Source: Chiloscyllium plagiosum | Taxonomy: Eukaryota | Direction: 5' to 3' | Assembly: GCF_004010195.1 (NCBI RefSeq) | Contig: NC_057711.1 | Coordinates: 79,088,500-79,152,499, forward strand | DNA: 64,000 bases | In this document: positions 1 through 13,089 of the stretch, piece after piece | How the letters are laid out: the number at the start of each line of letters is the position of its first letter | How positions within the stretch are numbered: the first letter of the stretch is position 1 | Translations under genes and position numbers: made by a program | Notes under the pieces: model-generated | The model's input: only the letters and a program-made list of their open reading frames with translations | What the model was told of the DNA's origin: nothing | Database searches by the model: none

Positions 1-41
1 ACTTGTTAGGCTGAAGGGCCTATTTCCACACTGTAGGGATT
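1..41 (+). mobile_element. 3' tail of HE1 SINE / HER1-type LINE, truncated by window edge
   Basis: ACTTGTTAGGCTGAAGGGCCTATTTCCACACTGTAGGGATT matches the 3' tails of the SINE copies at ~7135-7175 and ~30222-30260. Confidence 0.75.
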
Positions 42-1201
42 AAAAAAAACTCTCAGCCATGAGACAGAAAGGGCAATACAGTTTTGCTTTAAACATTCCA
101 TTATAAGTTTTTAACAGATTTCTTTTTTTTCTGAGCTTTCCGATCTTTTGTAAAACTATTTGTTAAACGGCCAAAAGAATGGAACAAAATGAAATAATAA
201 TCATCCCAGAGTGGAGATTTAAGCCATTCACCTGTTAGAATATTCTGGTTTTGCTCATTTTGCAACACCTCTGGTGTCAGAGAAATACATTCTGCAGACT
301 GCCTCACAGGATCTTTTGCATTACTGTACAGAAGCAAAGATAAGTTTACATTACTTCAACAAATGTGATGCAATTGTTGTGATTTACAAATGATGAGCTC
401 CTCGTGAACCACCTCCTTAGAAGAATAGTTCAGTTTAAATTTGGCCAATGACTTAAATCTGCTACTTAAAAAGAAAGACTGCACATCAGTAATTATCCAA
501 AGCTGCAGGTGCCCAACTGAGTTAGGAAGCTGCCGGAACACTTTCATCACAAACAGTCGCCTGGACTAGTTCTTGAATCTATGTTTCAGTTTGACTGATT
601 GCTGTTCTTGTTTGAGGACTCCAGTAAGTCTTCTGCAAATAGAAAAATCTTTAAGTTGATAAAATTGAGAAACTGCTAAAGTAGGATTTACTTTGCAGGT
701 CTAAACTAAACTTATTTAACTTATTTACTGAATATGATTTGATGTTACGACTGGAATATTTTCTTTGCTATTATAATGTCGAAACAAACTGTGAATTACC
801 TTATTACCAGGGACTATAGCTAGAATGGTAACAAGGTCAATGAAGTCCAATGCTCATTCTAAATGTTATTTAGCATACATTTAACAATAAAATGAAAGAG
901 AAACACTTTTGATGCTGAAAACTTTGAGAGAAACTGGAAGATAGAGTTCTGGGTTTGCAGTGAACTCAGTGCTGAGTCCAGAGGCTGTAAGGAATCTGAC
1001 TGGAGAATAAAGTTGTTCCTCTAGCTTTCTTTGGACTTAACTGGAACACTGTTGCAGATCTAGGAAGGGAAATGTAAGCATGAGGGCAAGAGAGTCCTTG
1101 TCCTCATAGTCACCAAACTCCATACTGAAAACATCACTCTCTGCTATTTATGCCACCTCCAGCAAGATGCCACCACCAAACCCATCTTCCTCTCCCTCCC
1201 A

Positions 1202-1976
1202 TGTGCTAGGCCCTCTACTTTTTGTCATTTACATAAATGATTTGGATGCGAGCATAAGGGGTACAGTTAGTAAGTTTGCAGATGACACCAAAATTGGAGG
1301 GGTAGTGGACAGTGAAGAGGGTTACCTCGGATTACAACAGGATCTTGACCAGATAGTCCAATGGGCTGAGAAGTGGCAGATGGAGTTTAATTCAGATAAA
1401 TGCGAGGTGCTGCATTTTGGGGAAATAAATCTTAGCAGGACTAATACACTTAATGATAAGGTCCTAGGGAGTGGTGCTGAACAAAGAGACCTTGGAGTGC
1501 AGGTTCATAGCTCCTTGAAAGTGGAGTCGCAAGTAGATAGGATAGTGAAGAGGTCGTTTGGTATGCTTTCCTTTTTTGGTCAGAGTATTGAGTACAGGAG
1601 TTGGGAGGTCATGTTGCGGCTGTACAGGACATTGGTTAGGCCACTGTTGAAATATTGCGTTAGGGTGAGAGGGGAAAGATATAAAAGAGACCTATGGGGC
1701 AACGTTTTCACACAGAGAGTGGTACTGTATGGAATGAGCTGCTAGAGGAAGTGGTGGAGGCTGGTACAAAATGAGCTGCTAGAGGAAGTGGTGGAGGCTG
1801 GTACAATTGCAACATTTAAGAGTCATTTGGATGGGAATATGAATAGGAAGGGTTTGGAGGGATATGGACTGGGTGCTGGCAGGTGGGACTAGATTGGGTT
1901 GGGATATCTGGTCGGCATGGACAGGTTGGACCAAAGGGTCTGTTTCAATGCTGTACATCTCTATGACTATATGACT
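1202..1976 (+). mobile_element. CR1/HER1-type LINE, 5'-truncated RT fragment plus 3' UTR, with an internal deletion near 1660
   Basis: ORF 1167-1745 has VLGPLLFVIYINDLD, SKFADDTK, WAEKWQMEFN and RDLGVQV; ends in (CTATGA)n tail. Confidence 0.93.
1733..1806. repeat. Perfect 37-bp tandem duplication inside the CR1
   Basis: AATGAGCTGCTAGAGGAAGTGGTGGAGGCTGGTACAA at 1733-1769 and 1770-1806. Confidence 0.95.
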
Positions 1977-4900
1977 GATCCCCCATCATACCCTCGATCA
2001 CTCTTTGATCATGCCCAACACTTTATGCCTCTTCAACAACATATTCCCATATAATTGTACATTGTGTAAGATTTTCCCTTTTAGCTCTTCCTTCTTCATT
2101 GTCCAAAGCCCTAATCACAGTTGAAACTACCATTTATTTGTACTGCTTTCAATTTGATCTCCAGCATTAATTGTTCACAATGTGGTCTCTGATATAGTGG
2201 GAAGACCAAACACAGACTGGGTGACTGTCTTTCACAGAACCTCCATTCAGCCTGCAAGCAAAACCTTGACTTGATTGATATTGCTTGTATTTTAATATAC
2301 CATCTTACTGTCATGGTTATATTTTTGGCCTAGGTCCGCTGCAATATTCTAGTTAGATCTAACACAAGCAAGAGAAACCTCATTTTGATTTCGGCACTTT
2401 ATTGCCTTTGGATTCAACATCAGGTTCACTTCAGACCACAGACTGTCTTCTGTTTTGATTCCTTAGCCCACACCAGATTCTGGATTTCTTGGTTTTGCAG
2501 GACTGACCTATATTCTGGCATTTACACCATTACTGTACTAACATCTACTCTGGACTCTCCTACAACCATTTCCACTCCTTTTGCTTTTTACTCTGTGGCA
2601 CGTAATCTCCCTTCACCTTTCCCTCTGTTCTACTTGCTTGTGCCTCCCCTTTTCCACAGTATAAAACCATCACTTCTGCAACTCTTTCTTCAGTTATGAA
2701 GAAGAGCCATTTTGAGCTCAAAATCTTTCTTTCCCTCTTCTGCCAGACTTACTATTTATATTATAAATGGAATAATGTCTTAACGGTAATATTTATTTAC
2801 TTATTTATTTTGTAATATGTATCATAGTTTCCAATAAATTGTAGTTTACAAATGTCAATTCTTCAGTGTGTAAATACAGGTCATCATGAACAGTTGTGCA
2901 GTATGGGCAAACATTGGAGGCTGCTGATTGGTGCCTGTATTAAAAAGAAATGTATTTTGTTTGTCTCATCTAAAATTCTAACAGCTCAGCAAAAAAGTCC
3001 TTACTGACAGTGAAACACTAATAATGTACAGCTTTGTGATCTGAGAGTTGCAAAGCTCTGGAGAAAGCAATTTTTTTCTGGTCTGTTCAGTACCTATGCT
3101 GTCAGTGCGTGCTGAGCTTCAATCCCCTGACGCTTAGGGGAATCTCTGTAGTATAGTACACTTCATTGTGGTGCTGGAAGAAAAAAAATGCCTACATGCT
3201 GCTCACTTTAAAAGACTGGGGATGTGACACCTCTGCACTTGAGGCTTTGCAATGTTTCTCTGACAACAGAAATCAGCAAAGAATCTGTGAGATACTCAAA
3301 CCTGTTTGTTCAAATACTGTCCCGGTCTTTTATACTTTTTGCTTGACTTCAGGATATTTCATAGCCCCAATGGACTACATTCTCTCACCAAATACTAGAT
3401 CTATCATGAATAAGGGCTTTGCACAGAGTTAAAGAAAACACTTGGTGTGTGAATTTTCATTACCGGGAGTAGCAAAAATATGATGAGCATACTGAGTTAA
3501 TTTGGCAAGATTCCAAAAAGCAGAGTCTCGTCTTTGAGATAAGCTTTAACAATTAAGTCTTCTCTTTTTAAACAGTGAGATGAATTTCTCATCATTAGGT
3601 GGCAAGAAGCTTAGATATATATGTGTGTGTTTGCAATAAATTAATTATACAACTCTCAGGGATTAAATTTCCCTTCATAATTAACTTCTGCTCAATCAAG
3701 AAATTTGATTCTTCAAAAGCTTAATCCATAATCCAAGTATATACCTGCTGATTTTGGGCTTTGGACTCCAGTCTGGGTGAGTACCTAATTTTAGCTGCCT
3801 CCATTGAAAATTTCTCAAAGGTCTGCGTCTTCACATTTTTGCAGCCTCTCCAACTCCATTAGGCATGTCTACAGTTATTACTAAAGCAGGATGTGCCCCT
3901 GGACCTAACTGGAAAGTAGCAATGTACCAGCTTCAGATCTACAGGTAGTACTTTCATGGACAAGACCAAGAAGAAGATTTTGTATCGGAGTGTCCTTTAG
4001 TGCAGAAGGCATGGCAGGAACATCTATCTGGAGGAAACAGTAAAGAGTCAATGTGAAATGGGGAACATGGAGATATGCACATGCAGTGTGTAAATGTCAG
4101 AAGTGGTGCTTGTGCCTGCAGCTGATATGGCAAGCATATATGTCCTTGAATAACATGACAATGTGTAAAAAGGGACAAAGGAGGTATATTTTGTTTTGGA
4201 TTGGAGTGGATTCTCTTCGTGAGCAAATTTAATTCAGAGACTGGCTCATTTCTAGCCTGGGATAGTGGCATTGGCCATAGCAAGCCTGGAGATTGGCTGC
4301 ATCTCATTCAAAGGATTGGGCCATGATCAGTCCTGGCATTCAAGCAAAGTCATTCTGGGCCTTACTGATTGGTCAGTTTGGGGTACCTTGCAAATTCAGT
4401 CAGGGTAGGCCACAGTAAGTCAGGAGGGTACTTTGTGCATAATTTGATGGGTTTTCAGATCTGCTCATGTGTCATTGAGGCTGGGATGGCTCAAGTCTTG
4501 GGATTGGCCAAGGTATTTTAGCTAACTGAAGGTAATGGTTACAGTCAAAAGGGGCATTTGAAGATTGTAGGATTGGAGCAGGTAGAATAGGGGAGATCAT
4601 TGGATTGTCTGAAGGAAAAGTCAAAGGTATTCAAGTTCATTCAGGTCATATGTCGAGAGGGTGCAGGCCCAGCAAGGACGTCAACACCTTGATATTCATA
4701 GCTGTCAGGGATAAATTAGTCATACAGTAACATAAAGAGGTTCCACCAAGATGGAGAAAGGTGAATGGTCAATGGGGAAATAGGGTCAAGTTACAGTAGA
4801 AAAGTGATGAATGGGGAATAATGGAGGTCACAGGTTGCAGATCAATGCAGCGAACAAAATTCTAAAGCTCACCATATTGATCTGAACTGTGCAATAAGCA

Positions 4901-5765
4901 GTTGGTATTAACAAACATCACACTGATATTGGGAGGAATAAGTCAATCTTTTCAAAATAGGGTAGGCTTCAGTATTTGAGGCTTTAAGGCTAATTAAAGG
5001 GCCTCTTGAGTAATGGGTGTCACAGGGACTGGAGCACATTATCTTAAAAACATAATTTTTATTTTCAAATTTTTAATGTAATTTGAACATTTACTTTTGT
5101 TACAGTACTCCTTATTAGGCCATTACTCTTTCATTTGATTCAGTTAGTTTCAATTAATTTTTCAGATCAATTCTGATGTTATAAAATGCTTACTAAGAGT
5201 ATACAGTGACCTAATGGGCATCTTGTAATCTCTTATGTCAGCAAGAGTCATTGGAGTGAGGGCTATTCATGAAGAAACATATCAGCCCCAGTTTTCCAAG
5301 GCATAGTTTTGAGGGCTGCAAACCATTACGTTGTATTTGCCATATTTTCAGACACAAGATTAAGACTGGTAGGATAGGGTTCATGTCGGACGGTTGGGAT
5401 GTGTGCTGGCAGAGAGACTCTTGGCAGCCATTTCATGCCAAAGCCACGTTTAACACTTTATTGGTCCATCTTGCTGATGATGGAGAGGCGGGCTATTGTG
5501 CATAAGATGGGGTAGTGTCAGGCTAGGAGATATTCTGACAGTAACAGATGCCTGAAAGCTTCTATGACATTTGTGGCAAATAGCTTTCAAGAACCATAGA
5601 ATGCAGAATCATGTGAGTTACTTGGGGCCTTGGCCAAGTGTGGGACAATCCTGTATGAGGGTACAACTTGGAGCTTCATGTCAGGAATAAAGTGCCCCTG
5701 TGAGAAGATTTGTAGCTTGGGTGCTCGTTGTTGTGGTTCTGTTTGCCAAGCTGGGAATTTGTGTT

Positions 5766-5805
5766 GCAGACGTTTCGTCCCCTGTCTAGGTGACATCCTC
5801 AGTGC
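5766..5805 (-). ncRNA. Minimal type I hammerhead ribozyme motif, core intact
   Basis: RNA GCA-CUGAGGA-U-GUCACCU-AGAC-AGGGGAC-GAAA-C-GUC^UGC: 3-bp stem I, stem II with one mismatch, palindromic ACGU stem III. Confidence 0.85.
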
Positions 5806-6250
5806 TTGGGAGCCTCCTGTGAAGCACTTCTGTGTTGTTTCTTCTGGCATTGATAGTGGTTTGTCTCTGTCGCTTCCAGTTGTCCATTCCAGCTGTCCGC
5901 TGCAGTGGCCGGTATATTGGGTCCAGGTCGATGTGTTTGTTGATAGAATCTGTGGATGAGTGCCATGCCTCTCGGAGTTCCCTGGCTGTTCTCTTTTTAG
6001 CTTGTCCTTTAATAGTAGTGTTGTCCCAGTTGAACTCATGTTGTTTGTCATCTGTGTGTGTGGCTACTAAGGATAGCTGGTCGTGTCGTTTCGTGGCTAA
6101 TTGGTGTTCATGGATACGGATCATTAGCTGTCTTCCTGTTTGTCCTATGTACAAACTGGACAGCTGGAATGGACAACCGGAAGCGGCAGAGACAAACCAC
6201 TATAAACGCAGGAGGAAACAACACAGAAGCGCTTCACAGGAAGCACCCAA

Positions 6251-6290
6251 GCACTGAGGTGGTTACCTAGACAGGGAATGAAACGTCTGC
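6251..6290 (+). ncRNA. Hammerhead motif in the inverted arm, core mutated (CUGAGGU)
   Basis: GCACTGAGGTGGTTACCTAGACAGGGAATGAAACGTCTGC aligns to the 5766-5805 motif. Confidence 0.7.
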
Positions 6291-6594
6291 AACACAAATT
6301 CCCAGCTCGGCGAACAGAACCACAACGATAAAGTGCCCCTTTTCTAAGACTGCGTACTTTCACCTAATGTTCCCACAGTTGTACTGAAAATTAATAAAAC
6401 AAGTCATAGGAAAACTCAGCAGTTGTATTTGAGATCATGTTACTGCGCAGGAATTGCTGCAGAAGACAACTGAGTTATCTACAGCAGCAATAGCAACAGC
6501 CAACATTAGCTGCTGAATAGACAGTGGAGGGAGAGGCAGCAGGACAAGAGCTACCCCAGAAGAGAAGAGCACTTGTGTAAAATGGGATCAACAG

Positions 6595-6875
6595 GCTTAG
6601 GTGCAGCTATCTGCAAGTGAGTGAGAAGCAGTTCAAAAGATGGCACAAGATCTCCCAAGCCATCATGACACACTTATACCAAATGTTGTAACAGGACCTG
6701 AGGAAACAAGGACTTGACCAGGACCTGAGGGGATTAGGACATGAGGTCACAAGGATTAGACCAGAACCTGAGGACACAAGGACAGGATTGGGAATGAGGA
6801 CAGAAAGACTGGACCAGGACTGAGGGCACAAAGACTGGGTGACAATCCTATCCAATTGTAGTCCTAAAGGTAACA
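6595..6875 (+). mobile_element. Harbinger/PIF transposase N-terminal relic containing a degenerate minisatellite (~6692-6840)
   Basis: Reads RCSYLQVSEKQFKRWHKISQAIMTHLYQML*QDL, then a KVT motif after repeated AGGAC(C)TGAGG..ACAAGGA units. Confidence 0.45.
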
Positions 6876-6896
6876 GGTGTTTTGGGGGCATCAAGT

Positions 6897-7186
6897 GCCC
6901 GAGGGTTCAAGTCTGGCCTCGGGCGACTGTCTGTGTGGAGTTTACAAATTCTCCCTGTGTCTGTGTGGGTTTCCTCCAGGTGCTCCGGTTTCCTGCCACG
7001 ATCCAAAGATATCCAGGTTAGATGAATTGGCCGTGCTAAATTGCCCATAATGTTCAGGGATGTGTAGGTTAGGTGCATTAATCAGGGGTAAATGTAAAAT
7101 AATAGGGAATACTCTTCAGCGGGTTGGTGTGGACTTGTTGCACCAAAGGGCCTGTTCCCACACTGTAGGGATTCTGTGATTCTATT
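6897..7186 (+). mobile_element. HE1/V-SINE, 5'-truncated
   Basis: V-domain core GTGTGGAGTTT..GTGGGTTTCCTCC.GGTGCTCCGGTTTCC and HER1-like tail. Confidence 0.9.
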
Positions 7187-7654
7187 CTATGATTCATAAT
7201 TTCTTTCCCAGCAGATCATTTTTAGGGAGTTACTGGGAAAATCTTGTCCCCGCTTGGCTAGCACCCATAGCCACAACAATAGAATGCAGGTCGGCGCACA
7301 TATGTGGCATCCTGAAGAGTTGTCTACATGATGGCCAGATATTTCTGATGTAAACAAAATCAACATTTCATACCATTTGACCACCATAATCCTTTCAATT
7401 ATATTATGATTTTTTTTAGCGAGTGAACTTACTACAAGTTCTTCTTTTTAAATGATATATGTATTATAAGAATTTGACGAATCAGTTCAGTTCAGTGGTG
7501 TATGACTAACATTTTCACTACTTATTCTGTCAGAATAGCATATACAATAGTTGAAGTTTTGAATCCAACAATCTTGAAAAATAATGAGTGGGACCCTTAT
7601 TTACAGCAAATCCCATTGTGGTTGTGCGAAGTGTATGGGGAAGACTTAGAAATA

Positions 7655-7823
7655 CAGAGGAACCTCAATTATCTGGCATTCGATTATCCGAATTTTGGAT
7701 TTTCCAAATAAGATCGCAAGGTTAGTTGGTTAAACTGTGTTGTCTGGCATTCGATTATCCGAACATTCAATTATCTGACAAAATATTGCCCGTCCGTGTC
7801 GTTGGATAACCGAGGTTCCTCTG
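7655..7823. mobile_element. 169-bp MITE, Tc1/mariner-pogo/Tigger type
   Basis: TIR CAGAGGAACCTC..TTATC at both ends, flanked by TA at 7653-7654 and 7824-7825; internal ATTCGATTATCCGAA repeats. Confidence 0.88.
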
Positions 7824-9582
7824 TATAGGAAAGTGAAAACTCGTAAACATCATTTGAAGTTAGTGTTGAGTTCAAACAGATTCAATTATACTGTAGCAAA
7901 GGCCTTAATTCATGAGACAGAATCTTCCCACACCCTGAACAATAGACTATAATAGGACATTTGTGAGAATTGCATAAAACTGAATTGCTGACAAGAGCAA
8001 GAATAACATTGCATTTTCCAAATAAATTTCAGTTGTTGCGATGAGATTCTTGCTAGTGAGTGGCAAGATACTATTAATGGGGATTATCACTCATTATCAC
8101 CCTAATGATTACTTAATCTCACTTTATTAATTAAAGTCTGGATTTATCGTGCAATTTTGGTACTAATTGCTGATTATCATAATTTAACTTTGCTGTGAGG
8201 ACGTGACTAGGAGCAAATTTTGATCCGTTGTCCCACTTCCACTGAAAGTGTGGAGTGTGCTAGCTGAAATGCTGATATGTACTTCAGAATGCATCAGAGA
8301 CTGAGAAAGAAAAGAAGTATATAGCTTCTTAACACTAACAATGTAGGTCCTTGCTGAGGAGATCAGGGGACAAGAAACTTTCTGTACCCATAAGGAGGAA
8401 GGAGTCAACTTCACTCTCCTATCACTCTCTCCAACAATAACTTCGAGCTGCTTTGCTAGCCTCATCCTGTTCCATTCTTCCTGCAGAGGAAGGGTGACTA
8501 CTGATGAAGTGATTTGAGTCTATCCAACAAGGCAAAGTGGATGAAATGAGTGACAGTTTCAACACAGAGAGGCAGAGTTACTTCAGAACATCTTACCCAT
8601 GTCCCTTCCATGCCAACACATAACCTGCACATGACCCCAGTGGCCCTCTTACCCTTCATTGCCAACCTATGCCCTTCTACCCACGTCCAATCAAGATCAG
8701 AGTAACATTAACCTAAACCAGTAGAGATCTCTGCCTTCATCTTCTTTATTCCTTCTGTTAATTTTTGATGGGCTTTGATTTATTTACTCGAACTATCTTG
8801 GGAGTTTGACACTTTATTCACTTAATGGTCCTTCATTAAGAATTGATAAAAGTCCTTTTGAGGTCATCTGACAGCCCTCAAAATCTGTCATTATGGTCAT
8901 TCATTTCTGGAAGGAAATTACAACAGAAGGGAAGGCCTTGGTGGGGAGATAACCTGTCAGGATTGATAGAGTGAGGTAAATGAAGACAGTCTGTACAAGG
9001 ACAATTGTGATCTCAGTGAAAATCAATCCAGACAATTGAACCCTTCCCACCCACCAAGCCCACATGTTCCCACAAGAAGATGATTTTTGAAAAAAATACA
9101 TATCACTCCCATCCCTTAAAGAAAAATGGATCCATGACTGGAAAACAGGAAATTTAGGAAATTTACAGGTCCCTCTTCCTGTAATGGTTGAGGGAAAGCT
9201 GTTTGCTGGATAAGAATGCTAACAATGCCCTCCATTAAAAAAACATTGTATATATAAAGATATTCAGTTAAACTTTTAGTTTATTTTAGCATTGTTGATT
9301 TAGTGACATGCTGTGAGACTTTTGACTCTGAGTTGTGCCACTCACATCCACATGGAAACCTAAACAGCAAATATAATTTCTACATATTCAAAGAAAAAAG
9401 GTCTGCAAACATTAATAACAGGTCAGAAGATTGGATAGAATATATAAAGCAGTGAAGAATAACCAATTTCTCCCTTTTTTATGAGAGTATGAGAGAAAAC
9501 TAGCTGGAAGTATAAAATCAGACTCGAAGAGTTTATACAATATTTAAAAAGAAACTGGTTAAGTAAAATCAACATTGATAAA

Positions 9583-9679
9583 GTTCCAAAGAAGAGTCCC
9601 CAGACTTGAATTGTTACATCTGTTTTTCTCTCTCTAGAAGTGCTGCTAGAACTACTGAGTTTCTCTAGCATTTCCTGCT
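9583..9679 (+). mobile_element. Eroded solo PLE pseudo-LTR
   Basis: Similar to the pLTR arm at 41966-42058; flanked by TTGATAAA at 9575-9582 and 9680-9687. Confidence 0.55.
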
Positions 9680-9979
9680 TTGATAAAATTTGCAAGTGAG
9701 CTTTGGTATTTTAAAGAGAAAATCTGACAAATAATGGAAAATAGTGGGGGAAAAAAGTATGCTGAGGCTTAAATAACATTCCCAAATAGCCATAAACCGA
9801 CAGGTAAAAAAGGAGGGAAAAGCTTAAATCAATTACATCCACCAGTGAAAGAGTATTTTGAAAATAATTTGAGTTAAATTATTTGAAATAAAGGTGGAAA
9901 AGTCCTCGGGTCATAATGGACTTAATTCTATTCTCTTAAAACAAATGACTGTTCAGATAGTAAATGCATCCTGTGTGAG

Positions 9980-11005
9980 AAGTATTCTTATTTAATAGTA
10001 GTTGACTATTTCTCTTGATAGATCAAATAAATAAATTATGCTGTACCAACAGGGACATCAAGGTTCTACGTAAACTTGTTAATATCTATAGAATCTCAGA
10101 TTATATCACTTATTGGACCATAGTTTGCTAATAAAGCATTTGACATTACAACCATTTCAGGACATTGACATATATCCTTAGTCAAATGGAAAAATTGAAA
10201 GCGTAGTCCAGATAGTTAAAAGCACCTTAACAAAGAAGACAGATTATTTCACACTAAATTATCTTTCCACAGCACTCCAATATGGCTTTTCACTATTAGA
10301 AAATCATGGGGACAAAACTAAAAACAGTTTCCTATTCTTCCACAGTGTTGCTTCCATAAATAATTCCTCCTGGATTAAACAAAAACAAATTTGTCAGTGA
10401 GAATTTAATCTGACCACAGATAATTTCATGTCTCACCAAATTTGGAACAAGTTGAAACAGTGCAGATGAAACATACAATAGGCAGAGTACTGTCATGCAA
10501 CATGTACTAAATCAACATTGGTCATATCTCATGAGCACATCAGATGAAATGATGTGTCAAAGTCATACATATCTTGTCTTACTAAATAAACATTGGCAGT
10601 TCAATGGAATAAGTCCACCAAATAATGCCAAGAGCTTGAGCAGCCACAAACAACTCCAACATGAAATCAACAACCAAACTGCTGTCCTCACTTGAAGAAG
10701 AAATATGATCAGGAAGGATTGTCAGAATTCTGGATTGACTGATTTTATAAAAGTCAGGCACTTGCAGGATGATGGGGGTATTGGTTAATCTAACTCCTTT
10801 ATTCAAGCAATTGCATAAAGAAGTTAGTAACTAGAAAAAAGCTTGAGAGGAGATGATGTATAATATTCCTGTTCTTGAGGAGTGTCAGAGGTTATGCTCA
10901 CTCTGAGAGCTAGCTCTGAGGGAACTGGATCAGTACCAACGGCTCTCCATGTGTAAATAAAGGTAGTATTGGTAACAGGATACTGGCTTCTGTGGTGTTA
11001 GCTTA
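9980..11005 (+). mobile_element. Ty3/Gypsy relic: integrase, polypurine tract and 3' LTR
   Basis: YLIVVDYFS (~9988), YP*SNGKIESVVQIVK (~10173), SGRIVRI near the pol end (~10709); purine tract GAGAGGAGA before TG at ~10854; LTR-like ~10854-11005 with AATAAA. Confidence 0.7.
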
Positions 11006-12799
11006 CTGATCATATTCATAGCTACTTTAAAAATACTCATGACTTAAATTATTTGAGCAATAATCTGTATTAACTCATTGAGTAAGATCAAATACCATTG
11101 TGTGCAATTTTTTGACTTTCCTAATTATTTACTATATTTTCTGAAATGAAGTTTATGTTCAACATAGAACAGATATCAGAATTGTAATGTTGTTACCATC
11201 ACCTATTGTTTGTTGCTGACTATATATACAGAGTTAAATATGTCTGGATAAACTCAGTCTGCATGACCACTTGTTGGAAACCCAAACCAAAATCATCTAT
11301 TATTCTTCGAATTGCTAAATTTCTCAACAACATAACACTGAGATAATTGCATGCAGAAACCTAATAATTAACATCAGGATTCACATGATAGCAATAATTA
11401 AGCACTTTGCAATGGGATGTTTTATTCACACATTTCAACAATATCTATACTTACAGCAAATGAAATGACAACTTGAATCTCAAGGTGAATGAGACAATTA
11501 CGCTTGAAACAGGTGAAGCCTCATTAAATCTGGAACAGAATTGAATTATCATAACTAACAAACCAAAAATCTTGTAATACAACCCATTATTGAGGCATTT
11601 CATCATTTATGGAGATCATATAGTTTACAAGTTATATTTTCATTCTTAGCTAATTGTTTGATAAGAAGTAATGTTTGTAAATACCTAACATTATTTGTAA
11701 ATATATGTATACGGTTGTTGGCCTCACCTAAACTGCACTGTTTGATGAAGGATATGAACATTTCAGGATAAATCCAATGAATCCTGGAAGGAGAACCAAG
11801 ATCAAAGGAAGCCTGGATTGGAGAATCAATGCTCTCACATAGTAGGTCCCTTTGAATGGTTACAGTATGCTGGTAACATAGGAGCACTGACATTACACTT
11901 TAATATATTTATACCTAATTTCTCTGACCATTAGTGAAAACATTCACCCATATATTAGCTAATGGGGTCAATGCTTCCATTATGATGATGAACAAAAATA
12001 ATTCATGGAAACCTGTTGCTGAACTTTTTTTTACCTGAAACCAAATAATCCAACGAACTGAGGAAAGGTTCCAGGAGATGCTTCTGCTAAGTGTTGTGCC
12101 AACATTGTACCACCAAATTTCTTCCAAAACAATGGAAGATCTTGTCAAACTGAACTTTAGGCAAGCCTTGAGTGAAAATGTTCATTATCTTTCCTTAATG
12201 AATTATCCACCATAATAACGTTACAGGGGAAAATAAACACATAATTAGAATGTTGTTGCAAATTTAATATTACTCTTAACTTGGAATCAAACCGCTTGAT
12301 TTCCAAATGACTTTACAAGTATTTTGAAACAAAAAAAAACTTGATATTCAGACTCAATATTTTTGTTGGAATATTGTCACAAAATATAATACTTTTACTT
12401 CTCTAGCAAACATCAGTACACAGAGGCTAGCCTTAACTTTTGCTGGATAGATTATTTTCCAAATTAACCTGTTTTCTAGATGCTATCACACATCTGAGTT
12501 GACAAGAATTGAATTTAGTTCTCTTGGTTCAGAGACAGATATATTACCACTGTAATTCAAAAGCATGGGTATTTTAAAAAAAGTGTGTTGCCTACCCATT
12601 TTACATGCTGCCAAAGTAAATCTGCTTCACCTGTATTCCTAATGGAAATTAAAGTCAGATCTCTTACTATCACCAAACATGGACAAATTATACAGGTTAA
12701 TTGTTCCTTGGGTTCTAAAGAGTCTCTGAGGTGGCTAAGATGGAGTGTTAAGTTTAAGTTCATGTTAAGACTAAGAAGTAGTGAATGAGATAGTTCATA

Positions 12800-13022
12800 C
12801 AATGTAGAATCCCTACATTCAGCCTATCAAGTCCACACTGACCGTCTGAAGGGCATTCCATCCACACCCACCCAGTTACCCTATCCGTGTGACCTTGCAT
12901 TTCCCTTGGCTAATCCATCGCTACACCACTGGGTACCATGCAAAATTTAGCAGGGCCCAATCTGTCTAGCCCACACATTCTTGAACCGTGGGAGGAAACC
13001 GAAGTGCCCAGAGAAACCTATG
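12800..13022 (-). mobile_element. Diverged HE1/V-SINE fragment
   Basis: Antisense V-domain GTGGGAGGAAACCG and tail TAGAATCCCTAC. Confidence 0.8.
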
Positions 13023-13089
13023 CATTTGTGCACTGGTTTTAAATACAAACTCATCAGGTTCAGAGACAATGCCTTTATATTTTAAAATA

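Larger units (their letters stand above)
905..2750 (+). mobile_element. Old, eroded Penelope-like element: inverted arm ~905-1090, sense body ~1095-2750, interrupted by a CR1
   Basis: Decayed GIY-YIG motif CSQCGL*YSGKTKHRLGD at ~2172-2225; antisense copy of the same C-terminal region at ~955-1065; eroded hammerhead-like TATGAAGAAGAGCC..GCTCAAAA at ~2695-2722. Confidence 0.6.
5700..6327 (-). mobile_element. Penelope-like element (Penelope/Poseidon-like GIY-YIG C-terminus) with inverted pseudo-LTR and 13-bp TSD
   Basis: ORF 5786-6154(-) YIGQTGRQLMIRIHEH...HEFNW...RELREAWH; ~6158-6327 is the reverse complement of ~5728-5899; TSD ATAAAGTGCCCCT at 5687-5699 and 6328-6340. Confidence 0.92.

Noticed and set aside
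1167..1745. 192-aa ORF as a host gene
   Set aside because: CR1 RT fragment with an internal deletion; the start codon comes from flanking PLE sequence
5587..6363. Several overlapping ORFs on both strands
   Set aside because: By-products of the PLE and its inverted arm; only 5786-6154(-) has real GIY-YIG motifs
6692..6840. CRISPR-like array
   Set aside because: Irregular degenerate units with no unique spacers, in a vertebrate context
11600..12260. Possible L1/Tx1-like RT remnant on the minus strand
   Set aside because: Only faint motif resemblance (LFIIIMEAL, HIFTNNV); not supportable without an alignment
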